NCBI GenBank assembly: GCA_963708645.1
Contig: CAVPTA010000007.1
Span: 165,078 to 229,077, forward strand
DNA: 64,000 nucleotides
Source of the DNA: an uncultured Actinomycetota bacterium
Lineage (GTDB): Bacteria > Actinomycetota > Actinomycetes > Mycobacteriales > Jatrophihabitantaceae
Direction: 5' to 3'
The notes under the pieces: model-generated
Told to the model about the DNA's origin: nothing
The model's input: only the letters and a program-made list of their open reading frames with translations
Databases searched by the model: none
Shown here: positions 18,006 through 29,889 of the stretch, in pieces
Numbering within the stretch: the stretch's first letter is position 1
How the letters are laid out: every line of letters begins with the position of its first letter
Made by a program: the position numbers and the translations under genes

Positions 18006-20593
18006 GTCTTCGGGAGTGCGTCGAGCGCAGCGCTGATGCGATCGATCTCGGCCTCGGCGGCAGTGAGCCGGTCACGCACCTTGGTGATGACCGGTTCGGG
18101 CGCCTTGCTGACGAAGCTGTCGTTGAGCAGCTTGGTGGTGTTGACGTCGCGTTCCTTCTGTGCGGCAGCGAGGTCTTTCGACAGGCGGGCGCGTTCGGCC
18201 GCGACGTCGATCGTTCCGGACAGATCGAGTTCGACCCGCACCCCGACGGCTGTCGTGAGCGGCGATCCGGTGGGCGTGAAATCGGGACCGGGTTCGTCGA
18301 GTCGCAGCAGGGCTCGCACCGCCGCTTCGTCGATCGTTGCGTTCCCGACAGCCGGGCCGGCACCTTCTGCGACGGCTTGACGCCTTGATCGGAGCGGAAG
18401 CGCCGCACCTCGCCGACCACCGTCTGCAGGTCGCGCACCGCAGCCTCGGCACCGGGGTTGGCACGGGCGGTGTCGGCGACCGGCCAGTCGGCGATCACCA
18501 CCGACTCGCGTCCGGTGAGTTGCGGTCCACAACGTCTCGGTCACGAACGGCACGAACGGATGCAGCAGCCGCAACACCGTGTCGAGCACCTCGCCGAGCA
18601 CGCGCCGGGTGTCGTCGCCGGCCGGGCCGGACAGCGAGAGCTTGGCCAGCTCGATGTACCAGTCGCACACCTCGTCCCACGCGAAGTGGTACAGCAGGTC
18701 GGTGATCTTGGCGAACTCGTACCTCTCGTACTGCTCGTCGACCTCGGTGACCACAGCCTGCAGTCGCGAGAGGATCCAGGCGTCCGCACCGGTGACCGCA
18801 TCGGGCAACGGGCCGTCGACGGTCGCGCCGTTCTGCAATGCGAATCGCGTGGCGTTCCAGAGCTTCGTGCAGAAGTTGCGGGCGCCCTTCACCCACTCTT
18901 CGTTGACCGCCTGATCGGCGCCCGGGTTCGCACCCTGCATGAGCGACAGGCGGACGGCGTCGGCGCCGTAGTTGTCCATCCAGATCAGCGGATCGACGAC
19001 ATTGCCCTTGGACTTCGACATCTTCTTGCCGGAGCTGTCGCGCACGAGGCCGGTCAGCAACACGGTCTTGAACGGGACGTCGTCCACTCGTAGACGCCGA
19101 ACAGCATCATGCGCACGACCCAGAAGAACAAGATGTCGTATCCGGTGACCAGCACTGACGTCGGGTAGTAACGCGCGAGCTCGGGCGTCTGCTCGGGCCA
19201 GCCCATGGTCGAGAACGGCCACAGCGCGCTCGAGAACCAGGTGTCGAGCACGTCCTCGTCCTGCGTCCAGCCGGCTGGCGGAGTCTCGTCCGGCCCGACA
19301 CAGACGTCGTCGCCGTCGGGCGAGTACCAGACCGGGATGCGGTGGCCCCACCACAGCTGGCGGCTGATGCACCAGTCGCGCAGGTTGTCGACCCATTGGT
19401 AGAAGCGCGGCGTCGAGGTCGGCCGGTTCGAACTTCGTTCGTCCGTCGCGGACGGCGTCACCGGCGGCCTTCGCCAACGTCTCGACACGCACCCACCACT
19501 GCAACGAGAGTCGGGGTTCGATCGTGGTGTCACAGCGCGAGCAGTGCCCGACCGCGTGGATGTAAGGACGCTTCTCGGCGACGATGCGGCCGTCCTCACG
19601 CAGCGCGGCGACGATTGCGAAGCGGGCTTCGAGGCGGTCGAGACCCTGGAACGGTCCGGGCGTGGTGATGACTGCGCGCTCGTCCATGATGATCGGCATC
19701 GGCAGGTCGTGCCGGCGGCCGATCTCGAAGTCGTTCGGGTCGTGGGCCGGCGTGACCTTCACCGCGCCGGTGCCGAAGGACGGATCGACGTGTTCGTCGG
19801 CGATGACCGGGATCTTGCGGTTGGTCAGCGGCAGCGACACCGACTTGCCGATCAGGTGCTTGTACCGCTCGTCGTCCGGGTGCACCGCGACCGCGGTGTC
19901 GCCGAGCATCGTCTCGGCGCGGGTCGTGGCCACCACGATCGACGTGTCGCCCTCGCCGTAACGGATCGAGACGAGTTCGCCGGGTTCGTCGGTGTGGTCG
20001 ACCTCTGCGTCGCTGAGCGCGGTGAGATCGCGCGGGCACCAGTTGATGATGCGCTCGGCGCGATAGATCAAGTCGTTGTCGTACAGCGTCTTGAAGATCG
20101 TCTGGACGGCGCGCGACAGGCCCTCGTCCATCGTGAACCGCTCGCGGGTCCAGTCGACGCCGTCGCCGAGGCGGCGCATCTGATCGAGGATCTGGCCGCC
20201 GTAGCGCTCTTTCCACTCCCATGCCTTAGCGACGAATTGCTCGCGCGTGTAGTCGAATCGTCCCTTGCCCTCGGTCTCGGACAGGTGGCGCTCGACCAGC
20301 GCGTGCACTGCGATGCTCGCGTGGTCCATGCCGGGCAGCCACAGCACGTCGAAGCCGCGCATGCGGGCCCGCCTACTCAGCGCGTCCATCATCGTGTGCT
20401 GCAGGGCGTGACCGAGGTGCAGGCTGCCGGTGACATTCGGCGGTGGGATCACGATCGAGTACGGCGGTTTGTCGCTGCTCGGATCGGCGGTGAAGTACCC
20501 GCGCTGTTCCCACCGCTCGTAGAGCGGGCCCTCTACCTCTGCCGGCGCGTACTGCGTCGGCAGCTCGGGGCTCTGGGGTGCGGCGCTGGTCAT
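18002..20593 (-). CDS. valS: Valine--tRNA ligase; as given, the reading frame is disrupted by two compensating frameshifts (at ~19405-19421 and ~19079-19090)
   Basis: The N-terminal HIGH ('[14 protein letters not shown]') and C-terminal '[12 protein letters not shown]' plus the coiled-coil tail are in the frame of track ORF 18002..20593. The central ~110 codons containing the class-I motif '[18 protein letters not shown]' are only readable in the frame of ORF 19054..19599. The main-frame translation there is Arg/Ala-rich nonsense. Confidence 0.85.
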   Translation of the reverse strand: MTSAAPQSPELPTQYAPAEVEGPLYERWEQRGYFTADPSSDKPPYSIVIPPPNVTGSLHLGHALQHTMMDALSRRARMRGFDVLWLPGMDHASIAVHALVERHLSETEGKGRFDYTREQFVAKAWEWKERYGGQILDQMRRLGDGVDWTRERFTMDEGLSRAVQTIFKTLYDNDLIYRAERIINWCPRDLTALSDAEVDHTDEPGELVSIRYGEGDTSIVVATTRAETMLGDTAVAVHPDDERYKHLIGKSVSLPLTNRKIPVIADEHVDPSFGTGAVKVTPAHDPNDFEIGRRHDLPMPIIMDERAVITTPGPFQGLDRLEARFAIVAALREDGRIVAEKRPYIHAVGHCSRCDTTIEPRLSLQWWVRVETLAKAAGDAVRDGRTKFEPADLDAALLPMGRQPARLVHQPPAVVGPPHPGLVLARRRRRLCRAGRDSASRLDAGRGRARHLVLERAVAVLDHGLARADARARALLPDVSAGHRIRHLVLLGRAHDAVRRLRVDDVPFKTVLLTGLVRDSSGKKMSKSKGNVVDPLIWMDNYGADAVRLSLMQGANPGADQAVNEEWVKGARNFCTKLWNATRFALQNGATVDGPLPDAVTGADAWILSRLQAVVTEVDEQYERYEFAKITDLLYHFAWDEVCDWYIELAKLSLSGPAGDDTRRVLGEVLDTVLRLLHPFVPFVTETLWTATHRTRVGGDRRLAGRRHRPCQPRCRGCGARPADGGRRGAALPLRSRRQAVAEGAGPAVGNATIDEAAVRALLRLDEPGPDFTPTGSPLTTAVGVRVELDLSGTIDVAAERARLSKDLAAAQKERDVNTTKLLNDSFVSKAPEPVITKVRDRLTAAEAEIDRISAALDALPKT

Positions 20594-20608
20594 GGGGCAA
20601 GTCTATGA

Positions 20609-21299
20609 ATGCCGTCGTTATGGATTGGCCGGGGCTGTGAGGATGAGGGCGTGGCGCTCGAGATCACGACCGATGCCGATGCTGTGGCGCGGCTGGCCCA
20701 GATGCTGGCGGCGCTGGACCCGGTTGCGTACACGGTGTTCGGGACCATCGCAGATTTCGTTCGGCGCGACGATGCTGCCCCGTGGGCCGCACACCGCGCC
20801 GGCGCACCGTCGGTCCTCGCGGCTCGTTCGTCACTCACCACCGGCGTCGCGTTCAGCGCGGGATGGTCAGCAGTGGACGGCGTTGCGAGCGCGATCGCCG
20901 AGATGCAGCCCGCCCCGGTCGGGATCGGTAGTCCGCCGGAGACGGAGGCCGCGGTCGTCGCTGCCCTGGGGGGCCGTCCCGTGACGAACCGGATGGACGA
21001 ACGGTTGTTCCGACTCGACCTGCTGGATTTGGACCGACTCGACGGGTGCCGCGACTTCGATGGCGGTCGCACATCCGCCGGTCAACGGGGTCTCGCGCAT
21101 CGGCCCGGTGTACACGCCTCACGAACACCACGGCCGTGGCTACGGGTCAGCCGTCGCCGCTGCCGCGTCACGGGCGATTCCCGACGCGGGCGATGTGGCG
21201 TGCCTGTACACCGATCTGGCCAACCCGACGTCCAACAAGATCTATCAGCAGCTCGGCTATCGTGCTGTCCGCGACCGCACGACCGTGCGTTTCGACTGA
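20609..21299 (+). CDS. GNAT-family N-acetyltransferase, apparent frameshift near ~21050
   Basis: The C-terminal GNAT motif A/B segment 'IGPVYTPHEHHGRGYGSAV...NPTSNKIYQQLGYRAV' is in the frame of ORF 21060..21299. The N-terminal ~150 aa ('VALEITTDADAVARLAQML...') are only in the frame of ORF 20609..21361. Confidence 0.45.
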
Positions 21300-21318
21300 G
21301 CGTGCGGCCGACCTGCTC

Positions 21319-23226
21319 TCACTCGCCGTTGAGCCAGCGCTCGAACGCGTCGAACGAGTAAGGCCGTCCCAGGAACGACTCGACCATGGCCGCAGCGTCA
21401 CGCGAGCCGCCTGGCGCGAGGATCTCGTCGCGGTAGCGCTGTGCACGGTCTGCGCGCATGAGGTCGTCGCGATCGAACTGTGACAGCAGGTCCTTCGAGA
21501 TCACCAGGCTCCAGAGGTACGTGTAGTAGCCGGATGTGTATCCCGCGAGGTGGCCGAAGTTCGCGTGCAGGTGCGTGCCTTCGAGGTAGGCGAGCAGGTC
21601 GTACTGCGGCTGGATCTCGCGCACCGCGGCAGTCAGGTCGCGCGGTCGATCGCGATGCAGCAGGTACGACACCGCCGCGTAGTAGGTCTGGGTGCGGATC
21701 AGCAGTCCCTTGCCGAAGCGATCGGCAGCGCGCATGCGGTCGACGAGATCGTGCGGGATCGGCACGCCGTCCGCGTCGAGCGCGAACGCGCTCAGCACAT
21801 CGGGTGTCCACGCCCATTCTTCGAGCAGTTGCGACGGCGCCTCGACGAAGTCCCACTCGGTGGTGACGCCCGAGAACCGCACCCACCGTTGCTGCCCGGC
21901 GAGGACGTGATGCAGGACGTGCCCGAACTCGTGGAACAACGTGATCAGCTCGAAGTGCTCCATGAGTCCGCGCGACAGGTTGCAGACGAGTGCTCCTGCG
22001 GGCAATTGCCGACCAGAAACGCCACTGGTGATCGGGAACTCCGCAGCATGCTTGAACTTGCCCTCGCGCGGATGCAGATCGAGGTAGATCCGCCCGATCA
22101 CCGTGCCGCCTCGAAGCACGTCGTAGGTGTTGACGTCCTCATGCCAGGCCGATACGTCGGTGCGCAGCACGTACTCGATGCCGAACAACCGCCCGGTCGT
22201 AGTGAGCAGCCCGTCGCGCACCTTGTCGAATTCGAAGTAGCGCCGAACCTGCTGCGCGTCGACGTCATAGTTCTCGCGCCGGAGCAGTTCCTCGTAGTAG
22301 CGCACATCGGCGCGAGTCATGGGCGGCGCGTCGGGATGTTCGCTGACCTGACGCGCGCGCAGGAGCGCAAGCTCGCGACGTCCGCTTGCGTCGGCGGCGG
22401 CAGCGACGCGGTCGATGAATTCGAGAATCGCCTTGCCGGCCCCGATCATCTTGTCCTCGACGTCGTAGTCGGGCCAGCTGTCGTAGCCGAGCAACTCGGC
22501 ACGCTCGGCCCGTAGGTCGAGCATTTCGCGGACGAGATCGTCGTTGTCGGGCCAGCCTCGATCGAACATCGCGTTGGTGAGTTCGAGCCGGGCCGCCGCG
22601 TCGTTGGCGAAGGTGAGCATCGGGAGCGCGTCGGGATAGTCGGTCGAGAGCGTCACCAACCCGTTCGCACCGGCAGGGTGCGCCTGGACGTAATCGGCGG
22701 GCAGACCGTCGAGCTGTTCAGGACGCAGCTGCACCGTGCGGACGTCGTCGCGAATCACCCGTGAGAAGTCCTGCGTGACCTCGACAAGGCGTGCCGCGAT
22801 CTCACGCAACCGCGCGCGCACCGCGTCGTCCTGGTCGACACCGCTGCGGCGGAAGTCGCGCAGGATGTGCTCGCGCATCCGGTCGGCCTGCTCGTCGCCC
22901 ACCGGTGCGCAGGCAGCGATGACCTCGAACAGGCCACGGTCGAGCCGGCGATCGGTTTCGATCGCGCTCACCTGCTGGCTCAGCTGCTCGGCCGTCGCGC
23001 GGACGCCTGCGTCCGGATGGACCTCGGCGACGACCGCCGCAATGGAGCTCGCGTTGCCGAGTTCGAGGTCGGTGTCATTCCACAGGTCGAGCACCTCGAG
23101 GGTGCTTCTGGGCGTGCCGTCCTTGAGGGTCGAGCCGAGTTCACCGGCCCGGGCGACGCCCGATTGCACTCGATCGGTCAGCCAGGCGGCCCAGTCGTCG
23201 GCCGGCAGGTCCACAGGCGTGCTCAC
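21319..23226 (-). CDS. M3-family zinc metallopeptidase (oligopeptidase A / dipeptidyl carboxypeptidase-like)
   Basis: 635 aa with 'LFHEFGHVLHHVL' (HEXXH) and the downstream Glu-containing segment. Overall M3 architecture. Confidence 0.85.
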   Translation of the reverse strand: MSTPVDLPADDWAAWLTDRVQSGVARAGELGSTLKDGTPRSTLEVLDLWNDTDLELGNASSIAAVVAEVHPDAGVRATAEQLSQQVSAIETDRRLDRGLFEVIAACAPVGDEQADRMREHILRDFRRSGVDQDDAVRARLREIAARLVEVTQDFSRVIRDDVRTVQLRPEQLDGLPADYVQAHPAGANGLVTLSTDYPDALPMLTFANDAAARLELTNAMFDRGWPDNDDLVREMLDLRAERAELLGYDSWPDYDVEDKMIGAGKAILEFIDRVAAAADASGRRELALLRARQVSEHPDAPPMTRADVRYYEELLRRENYDVDAQQVRRYFEFDKVRDGLLTTTGRLFGIEYVLRTDVSAWHEDVNTYDVLRGGTVIGRIYLDLHPREGKFKHAAEFPITSGVSGRQLPAGALVCNLSRGLMEHFELITLFHEFGHVLHHVLAGQQRWVRFSGVTTEWDFVEAPSQLLEEWAWTPDVLSAFALDADGVPIPHDLVDRMRAADRFGKGLLIRTQTYYAAVSYLLHRDRPRDLTAAVREIQPQYDLLAYLEGTHLHANFGHLAGYTSGYYTYLWSLVISKDLLSQFDRDDLMRADRAQRYRDEILAPGGSRDAAAMVESFLGRPYSFDAFERWLNGE

Positions 23227-23263
23227 GAGGCCGACAGTACTGGCAGAGATCTGAAGACAGTGT

Positions 23264-23293
23264 TTGACATCTACAACTCTGAAGGGTTAGTTT
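23264..23293 (+). promoter_or_regulatory. Candidate sigma-70/HrdB-like promoter TTGACA-N18-TAGTTT driving a leaderless MFS transporter mRNA
   Basis: TTGACA at ~23264-23269, an 18-nt spacer, then TAGTTT ending ~6 nt before the ATG at 23300. No room for an SD sequence. Confidence 0.4.
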
Positions 23294-23299
23294 CGCAAT

Positions 23300-24502
23300 A
23301 TGCCCTTCACATCTTCGCGACGGGACGTCTACCTGGTCGCCGGCGCAAAAGGACTTTCGTGGCTCGGCGACGAAGTCGCGATGGTGGCGCTGATGCTCAG
23401 CGCGCAGGCCCACGGGCGGGGTGCCGGCGCGGTGGCCGCGCTGCTCATCGCGAATGCGCTGCCGCTCGTCCTGCTCTCCGGGCCGGTCGGGCGCCTGGTC
23501 GACCGCTTCGACAACCGCGCGCTGCTGGTGAGCTCAGGGCTCGCCCAGGCCGCCATCTGCACCGCCCTCGCGTTCGCGTCGTCGCAGCTCGAGGTGCTGG
23601 CGCTGCTCGTGTTGCTGGGCGCCGGCCAGGCGATCAACTCGGCAACCTGGACGGCGCTCGTCCCGTCGATCGTGCGTCCGGACGAGCTCGCGGGGGCGAT
23701 CGGCACAGTCCAGGCGGCGACGACGCTTGCGGGCGTCGCCGCTCCCGCTCTCGGCGGGCTGCTCTACGCCGGATTCGGCACCCGCGTGCCGCTTCTGGTC
23801 GACGCCGTCTCGTTCCTCGCTGTCGTCGCGGCGGCGCTGACCATCCGCACCCGGCGCGCGGTGACGAACACGCGCGGCAAGCACGGCGGGCTCGCGATCG
23901 TGCGCGGCGACGCCCTGCTCGCACCGTTGGTCGGGATGCTCGCGCTCTTCGTCCTGCTCGGTTCGATGGTCAACGTCGTCGACGTCTTCCTGATCCGCGG
24001 CACATTGCACGCGAGTGCAACGTGGTACGGGCTCGCAGGCGCCTGCTACGCGATCGGCGCCTTCGGCGGCGCGGTCGGCAGCGGCAGGTTGCGCAGTGTC
24101 CCGATGTTCGCCCGTGGGCTCGTGGCCGCGTGCGCGACGCTGGCGATCGGGCTCGCCGCGATGGGGTGCGTGCCGTCCGTGGTCTGGCTGCTCCCGATCG
24201 GCGTCGTTGCCGGCGCGGCGAACGGCGTCCTGAACGTCACGCTCGGCTCGTTGGTCATGGGCCGGACGTCGCCGGATGAGCGCGGACGCGTCGCCGCGCT
24301 GATGAGCGGGGTCTCGTCGGGCACGCAGCTGGCCGCGTTCGTTGTCGCGGGTGCGCTGACGTCGGCCCTCGACCCCCGTGCGGTGTTCGTGCTGGCCGGC
24401 GGATGCGGCCTGCTCGCCCCGCTGCTGCTCGGCCGACGGGTGCTGCGTGCCGCGCGCGCGCCGCACACGGCAGACTCAGTGGCTATGGAGACTGTCTCGT
24501 GA
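23300..24502 (+). CDS. MFS transporter
   Basis: 400 aa, 12 predicted TM segments. Motif 'GPVGRLVDRFDNR' between TM2 and TM3. Confidence 0.8.
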   Translation: MPFTSSRRDVYLVAGAKGLSWLGDEVAMVALMLSAQAHGRGAGAVAALLIANALPLVLLSGPVGRLVDRFDNRALLVSSGLAQAAICTALAFASSQLEVLALLVLLGAGQAINSATWTALVPSIVRPDELAGAIGTVQAATTLAGVAAPALGGLLYAGFGTRVPLLVDAVSFLAVVAAALTIRTRRAVTNTRGKHGGLAIVRGDALLAPLVGMLALFVLLGSMVNVVDVFLIRGTLHASATWYGLAGACYAIGAFGGAVGSGRLRSVPMFARGLVAACATLAIGLAAMGCVPSVVWLLPIGVVAGAANGVLNVTLGSLVMGRTSPDERGRVAALMSGVSSGTQLAAFVVAGALTSALDPRAVFVLAGGCGLLAPLLLGRRVLRAARAPHTADSVAMETVS

Positions 24503-25476
24503 CCCGGTGGGGCCTGATGGCCACCGGTGGCATCGCCCGCACGTTCGCCGAAGACCTCGCCCACGTCCTGGACGCGACGCTCGTCGCGGTCGGGTCGCGA
24601 TCGCAGGAGTCGGCCGACGCATTCGCCGATGACTTCGACGTGCCGAACCGGCATGCGTCCTACGCCGCACTCGCCGACGACCCGGACGTCGACGCGATCT
24701 ATGTGTCACCGCCGCACCCGTTCCACCACGAGGCGACGCTGCTCGCCCTGCGCGGTGGCAAGGCTGTGCTGTGCGAGAAGCCGTTCGCGATGTCGCTTGC
24801 CGAGTCGCAGGAGATGGTCGACGTCGCGCGCTCGTCCGGCACGTTGCTCGTCGAAGCGATGTGGACGCGCTTCCTGCCGACCATGGTGCGCGTGCGCGAG
24901 ATTCTCGCCGCCGGCACTCTCGGCGAGATCGTCTACGTCACCGCCGAGCACGGGCAGTGGTTCGCCGAGGACGCCTCGCACCGCCTGTTCGCACCGTCGC
25001 TCGGCGGTGGCGCACTGCTGGACCTCGGCATCTATCCGGTGTCGTTCGTCCACATGGTTCTCGGCGCACCGGCGCAGATCACTGCGGTGAGTGAGCCTGC
25101 GTTCACGGGCGTCGACAAGACCACGTCCGCGATCCTGCAGTACGAATCCGGCGCGCACGGCGTGGTCACCACCTCCCTGGCGGCCGCGTCCGACAATCCC
25201 GCCGCCATCTACGGCACCGAGGCGCGGCTCGAACTCGACGGCTGGTTCTACACACCCACGTCGTTCCGGGTCACCGCGCACGACGGCACCGTGCTCGAGT
25301 CCTACGAACCGCCGACCGGTGGCCGCGGGATGGAGCACGAGGCGATCGAGGTCGGCCGGTGCCTGTCCGAAGGACTCACCGAGAGCCCGATCATGCCGCT
25401 GGACGACACCCTCGCGATCATGGCAACCATGGACGCGATCCGCGCCCAGATCGGCCTGGACTACAGCAAGCTCTGA
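24499..25476 (+). CDS. Gfo/Idh/MocA-family NAD(P)-dependent oxidoreductase
   Basis: Rossmann N-terminus 'WGLMATGGIARTF', 'AIYVSPPHPFHHE', 'EKPFAMSLAESQEM'. Refined GTG start with GTGA overlap on the MFS stop. Confidence 0.85.
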   Translation: MTRWGLMATGGIARTFAEDLAHVLDATLVAVGSRSQESADAFADDFDVPNRHASYAALADDPDVDAIYVSPPHPFHHEATLLALRGGKAVLCEKPFAMSLAESQEMVDVARSSGTLLVEAMWTRFLPTMVRVREILAAGTLGEIVYVTAEHGQWFAEDASHRLFAPSLGGGALLDLGIYPVSFVHMVLGAPAQITAVSEPAFTGVDKTTSAILQYESGAHGVVTTSLAAASDNPAAIYGTEARLELDGWFYTPTSFRVTAHDGTVLESYEPPTGGRGMEHEAIEVGRCLSEGLTESPIMPLDDTLAIMATMDAIRAQIGLDYSKL

Positions 25477-25488
25477 ACGCGAATCAGA

Positions 25489-26772
<1,284 letters not shown>

Positions 26773-26897
26773 GGGCTACTCGTCTCCTCGGACTGGCGGC
26801 ATCGGTATTGGGCCGTTGGTCAACGGCCAGGGCTAAGACGCTACCCGTAAATTGAGCCAAAGTCCGCTGGAAACACGCGGACGATCGGGCAGACAGC

Positions 26898-27533
26898 TCA
26901 GTCGTCGACCATCTTGCGGGTGGTGATGACCTCGTCCACGATCCCGTATTCCTTGGCCTGGTCGGCCGTGAGAATGGTGTCGCGCTCGATGTCCTTCTTG
27001 ATCTTTTCCTCGGTCTGGCCGGTGTGTCGCGCCAGGATCGACTCCAACAGCGCGCGCATGCGGACGATCTCGTTGGCCTGGATTTCGAGGTCGGTGACCT
27101 GACCCTGACCCTCGCCGGAGGGCTGGTGGATGAGCACCCGCGAGTTCTGCAGCGCGAAGCGCTTGCCCTTCGTGCCCGCCGCGAGCAGCACCGCGGCGGC
27201 CGAGGCAGCCTGGCCCATGCAATAGGTCTGCACCTCGGGACGCACGAACTGCAGCGTGTCGTAGATGGCCGTGAGCGCCGTGAACGAGCCGCCCGGTGAG
27301 TTGATGTAGAGGAGGATGTCGCGGTCGGGGTCACTCGACTCGAGCACGATCAGCTGGGCGATGACGTCGTTGGCCACGACGTCGTCGATCGGGGCGCCGA
27401 GGAAGATGATGCGCTCTTCGAACAGCTTGTTGTACGGATTCGACTCTTTGATCCCGTAGTTGGTGCGCTCGACGAAGGACGGCAGCACGTACCGCGATTG
27501 CGGAGCGGTGGCCGGGGTGTACAGCTGGCTCAT
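26898..27533 (-). CDS. clpP2: ATP-dependent Clp protease proteolytic subunit 2
   Basis: '[12 protein letters not shown]...[11 protein letters not shown]...[15 protein letters not shown]...LIHQPSGE'. Upstream paralog of the clpP1/clpP2 tandem. Confidence 0.9.
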   Translation of the reverse strand: MSQLYTPATAPQSRYVLPSFVERTNYGIKESNPYNKLFEERIIFLGAPIDDVVANDVIAQLIVLESSDPDRDILLYINSPGGSFTALTAIYDTLQFVRPEVQTYCMGQAASAAAVLLAAGTKGKRFALQNSRVLIHQPSGEGQGQVTDLEIQANEIVRMRALLESILARHTGQTEEKIKKDIERDTILTADQAKEYGIVDEVITTRKMVDD

Positions 27534-27542
27534 GTATGTCTC

Positions 27543-28181
27543 CTAGGCCGGGGCCGGGCTGGCGCCGTTGGGCACCTGGGTGGTGCGGGTGACGACCTCG
27601 TCGACGAAGCCGTACTCGAGCGCCTGCTCGGCAGTGAACCAGCGGTCGCGCTCCGAGTCGGCCTGCACCTGCTCGAGCGGCTGGCCGGTGTGCTCGCTGA
27701 TCAGCTTGGCCATCTCGATCTTCGTGAGCTTGATCTGCTCGGCCTGGATCGCGATGTCTGCTGCCGTACCGCCGATACCGCCGGACGGCTGGTGCATCAT
27801 GATCCGCGCGTGCGGCAGCGCGTAACGCTTTCCGCGGGTGCCGGCTGAGAGCAGGAACTGGCCCATGGACGCGGCCAGACCCATCGCGTAGGTCGAGACG
27901 TCACAGTCGACGAAGGTCATCGTGTCGAAGATGGCCATGCCCGCCGTGACCGACCCACCGGGTGAGTTGATGTACAGCGCTATGTCGCGGGTGGGGTCTT
28001 CGGCCGCCAGCAACAACAACTGTGCGCAGATCTGGTTGGCGATCGAGTCGTCGACCACCTGCCCGAGGAAGATGATGCGCTCGCGCAGCAGCCGGTCGTA
28101 CACGGAGTCGCCGAGCGACATGCCGCTGTTCGGGCTGCGCATCTCGGATGCGCGCAGCGGGTTGGGGTCGAAGCGACTCAC
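27543..28181 (-). CDS. clpP1: ATP-dependent Clp protease proteolytic subunit 1
   Basis: '[12 protein letters not shown]...[15 protein letters not shown]...[15 protein letters not shown]...MMHQPSGG'. Start may be the internal 'MRSPNSG' Met. Confidence 0.9.
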   Translation of the reverse strand: MSRFDPNPLRASEMRSPNSGMSLGDSVYDRLLRERIIFLGQVVDDSIANQICAQLLLLAAEDPTRDIALYINSPGGSVTAGMAIFDTMTFVDCDVSTYAMGLAASMGQFLLSAGTRGKRYALPHARIMMHQPSGGIGGTAADIAIQAEQIKLTKIEMAKLISEHTGQPLEQVQADSERDRWFTAEQALEYGFVDEVVTRTTQVPNGASPAPA

Positions 28182-28287
28182 GTCACGGACCTTCCTTGAC
28201 GATGCGGTGGTTGGACTCTTTCGACACTAACGAAGCGACCGACGAGGCGAGCGCGGATGGGCCCCTCGTTCGCTCACAGCGTTACTG

Positions 28288-29658
28288 CTACTCGATCGGC
28301 TCATCCGCGTCATCGACAGCTTCCGCAGCTTCTGCGTCGGCCAGCGCCGACCGCAGCGCCGACAGATCGACCGAATTGCCGGATGCGTCGGTGATCTTCG
28401 CGCTCTCGAGCACCTCGGCGAGCGCCTTGTTGCGACGCACGTCCGCGTAGACGACCGGGAGATTGCCGGCCTGCATGATCTGTGACGCGAACTCCTGCGG
28501 TGCCATGTTGTACCGCGACGCCTGCCGCACGAGGTACTCGGTCAGCTCGGTGTCACCGACCTGCACCTCGGTCGACTCGGCGATCGCGTCGAGCAGGAAC
28601 TGTGCGCGGACGGCCTTCTCGGCATCGCCGCGAAGCTCTTCGGTGAATTCGTCGCGGGTCTTGCCCTGCGTTTGCAGGTAACGCTCGAACATCGCGTCGT
28701 CGTGATTGAGCGCATGGACGATCTCGTGCTCGCGCTGGTCGACCTCGGCCTTGATCGCCGACTCGGGAACGGGGAACTCGACGGTGGCGAGAAGGTGCTC
28801 GACGAGCTTGTCGCGCGCCTGCGAACCCTGCTCCATCTTCTTGACGTTGCCGAGCCGACCGCGCAGGTCGTCGCGCAGTTCGTCGATCGTGTCGAACTCG
28901 CTGGCCAGCTGCGCGAAGTCGTCGTCGAGGTCGGGCAGCTCCTTCTCCTTGACGGAGTTCACCGTCGCCGAGATCTCTGCCTCGTCACCGGCGCGATCGC
29001 CCTGCTCGAGGACCGCGGTGAAGGTAGCCGTGTCGCCGGCCGACTTGCCGGTGATCGCGTCGTCGAGCCCGTCGATGAGATCACCCGAGCCGACCTCGTA
29101 GGACATGCCCTTGGCTGAGCCGGCCTCGATCTCTTCGCCGTCGATGGACGCGATCAAGTCGATCGACACGTAGTCACCGGCCTGCACGGCGCGGTCGACC
29201 CCCTTGAGGCTGCCGAACCGCTCGCGCAGCGCCGACAACTGCTCGTCGACGTCGGCGTCGGTGACCTCGGCGTCGTCGACACTGACAGCGATCCCCGACA
29301 GCTCGGGGAGCGTGATCTCGGGACGGACGTCGACCTCGGCCGTGAAGCTCAACGCCTCGTCGTCCTGACGGGTGACCTCGATGTCGGGCTGGCCCAGAGT
29401 CTTGAGCTCGTGCTCACGCGCGGCCTCGACGTAGGTCTGCGGAACGACCTCGTTGAGCGCCTCTTCGAGGACGGCCGCGCGGCCGACGCGCTGGTCGATG
29501 ATGCGGGCAGGCACCTTGCCGGGACGAAAGCCCGGGACGCGGATCTGGGCGCCGATCTTCTTGTAGGCGGCGTCCAGGCTCGGCTTGACCTCCTCGAACG
29601 GCACCTCGACGGAGAGCCTCACACGGGTCGGGCTCAGGTTCTCGGCGGTGCTCTTCAC
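28288..29658 (-). CDS. tig: Trigger factor (ribosome-associated chaperone / PPIase)
   Basis: 456 aa from refined GTG start 'VKSTAENLSPTRVRLSVEVPFEEV'. 'GFRPGKVP' motif and acidic C-terminus. Confidence 0.9.
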   Translation of the reverse strand: MKSTAENLSPTRVRLSVEVPFEEVKPSLDAAYKKIGAQIRVPGFRPGKVPARIIDQRVGRAAVLEEALNEVVPQTYVEAAREHELKTLGQPDIEVTRQDDEALSFTAEVDVRPEITLPELSGIAVSVDDAEVTDADVDEQLSALRERFGSLKGVDRAVQAGDYVSIDLIASIDGEEIEAGSAKGMSYEVGSGDLIDGLDDAITGKSAGDTATFTAVLEQGDRAGDEAEISATVNSVKEKELPDLDDDFAQLASEFDTIDELRDDLRGRLGNVKKMEQGSQARDKLVEHLLATVEFPVPESAIKAEVDQREHEIVHALNHDDAMFERYLQTQGKTRDEFTEELRGDAEKAVRAQFLLDAIAESTEVQVGDTELTEYLVRQASRYNMAPQEFASQIMQAGNLPVVYADVRRNKALAEVLESAKITDASGNSVDLSALRSALADAEAAEAVDDADEPIE

Positions 29659-29889
29659 GCTGGTGGTGCTCCTTCGGTACGGATCGATGCACGTGCTGGG
29701 GTCGAAAGGTCTCGCAGGCGGCGCGACGGGCCGCTCGCGCACTCCGTGGCGAGGCGCGACAGACATTCGAGTCTATCGAGTCCGCTCGCGTCGTCAGGAC
29801 ACCGTCCGCCGCCGGTACCGGTAGCCCCTCGCGCGTTGGCCGCAGGTTGGTTAGCCTCACCTAAGTTTCGCAGTGAGGGAGGGCGACGC

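Noticed and set aside
28182-28287. Possible terminator hairpin downstream of tig ('gagcgaacgaggggcccatccgcgctcgcctcgtcggtcgc')
   Set aside because: The stem is imperfect and there is no U-tract. Plausible, but not strong enough to list as a feature.
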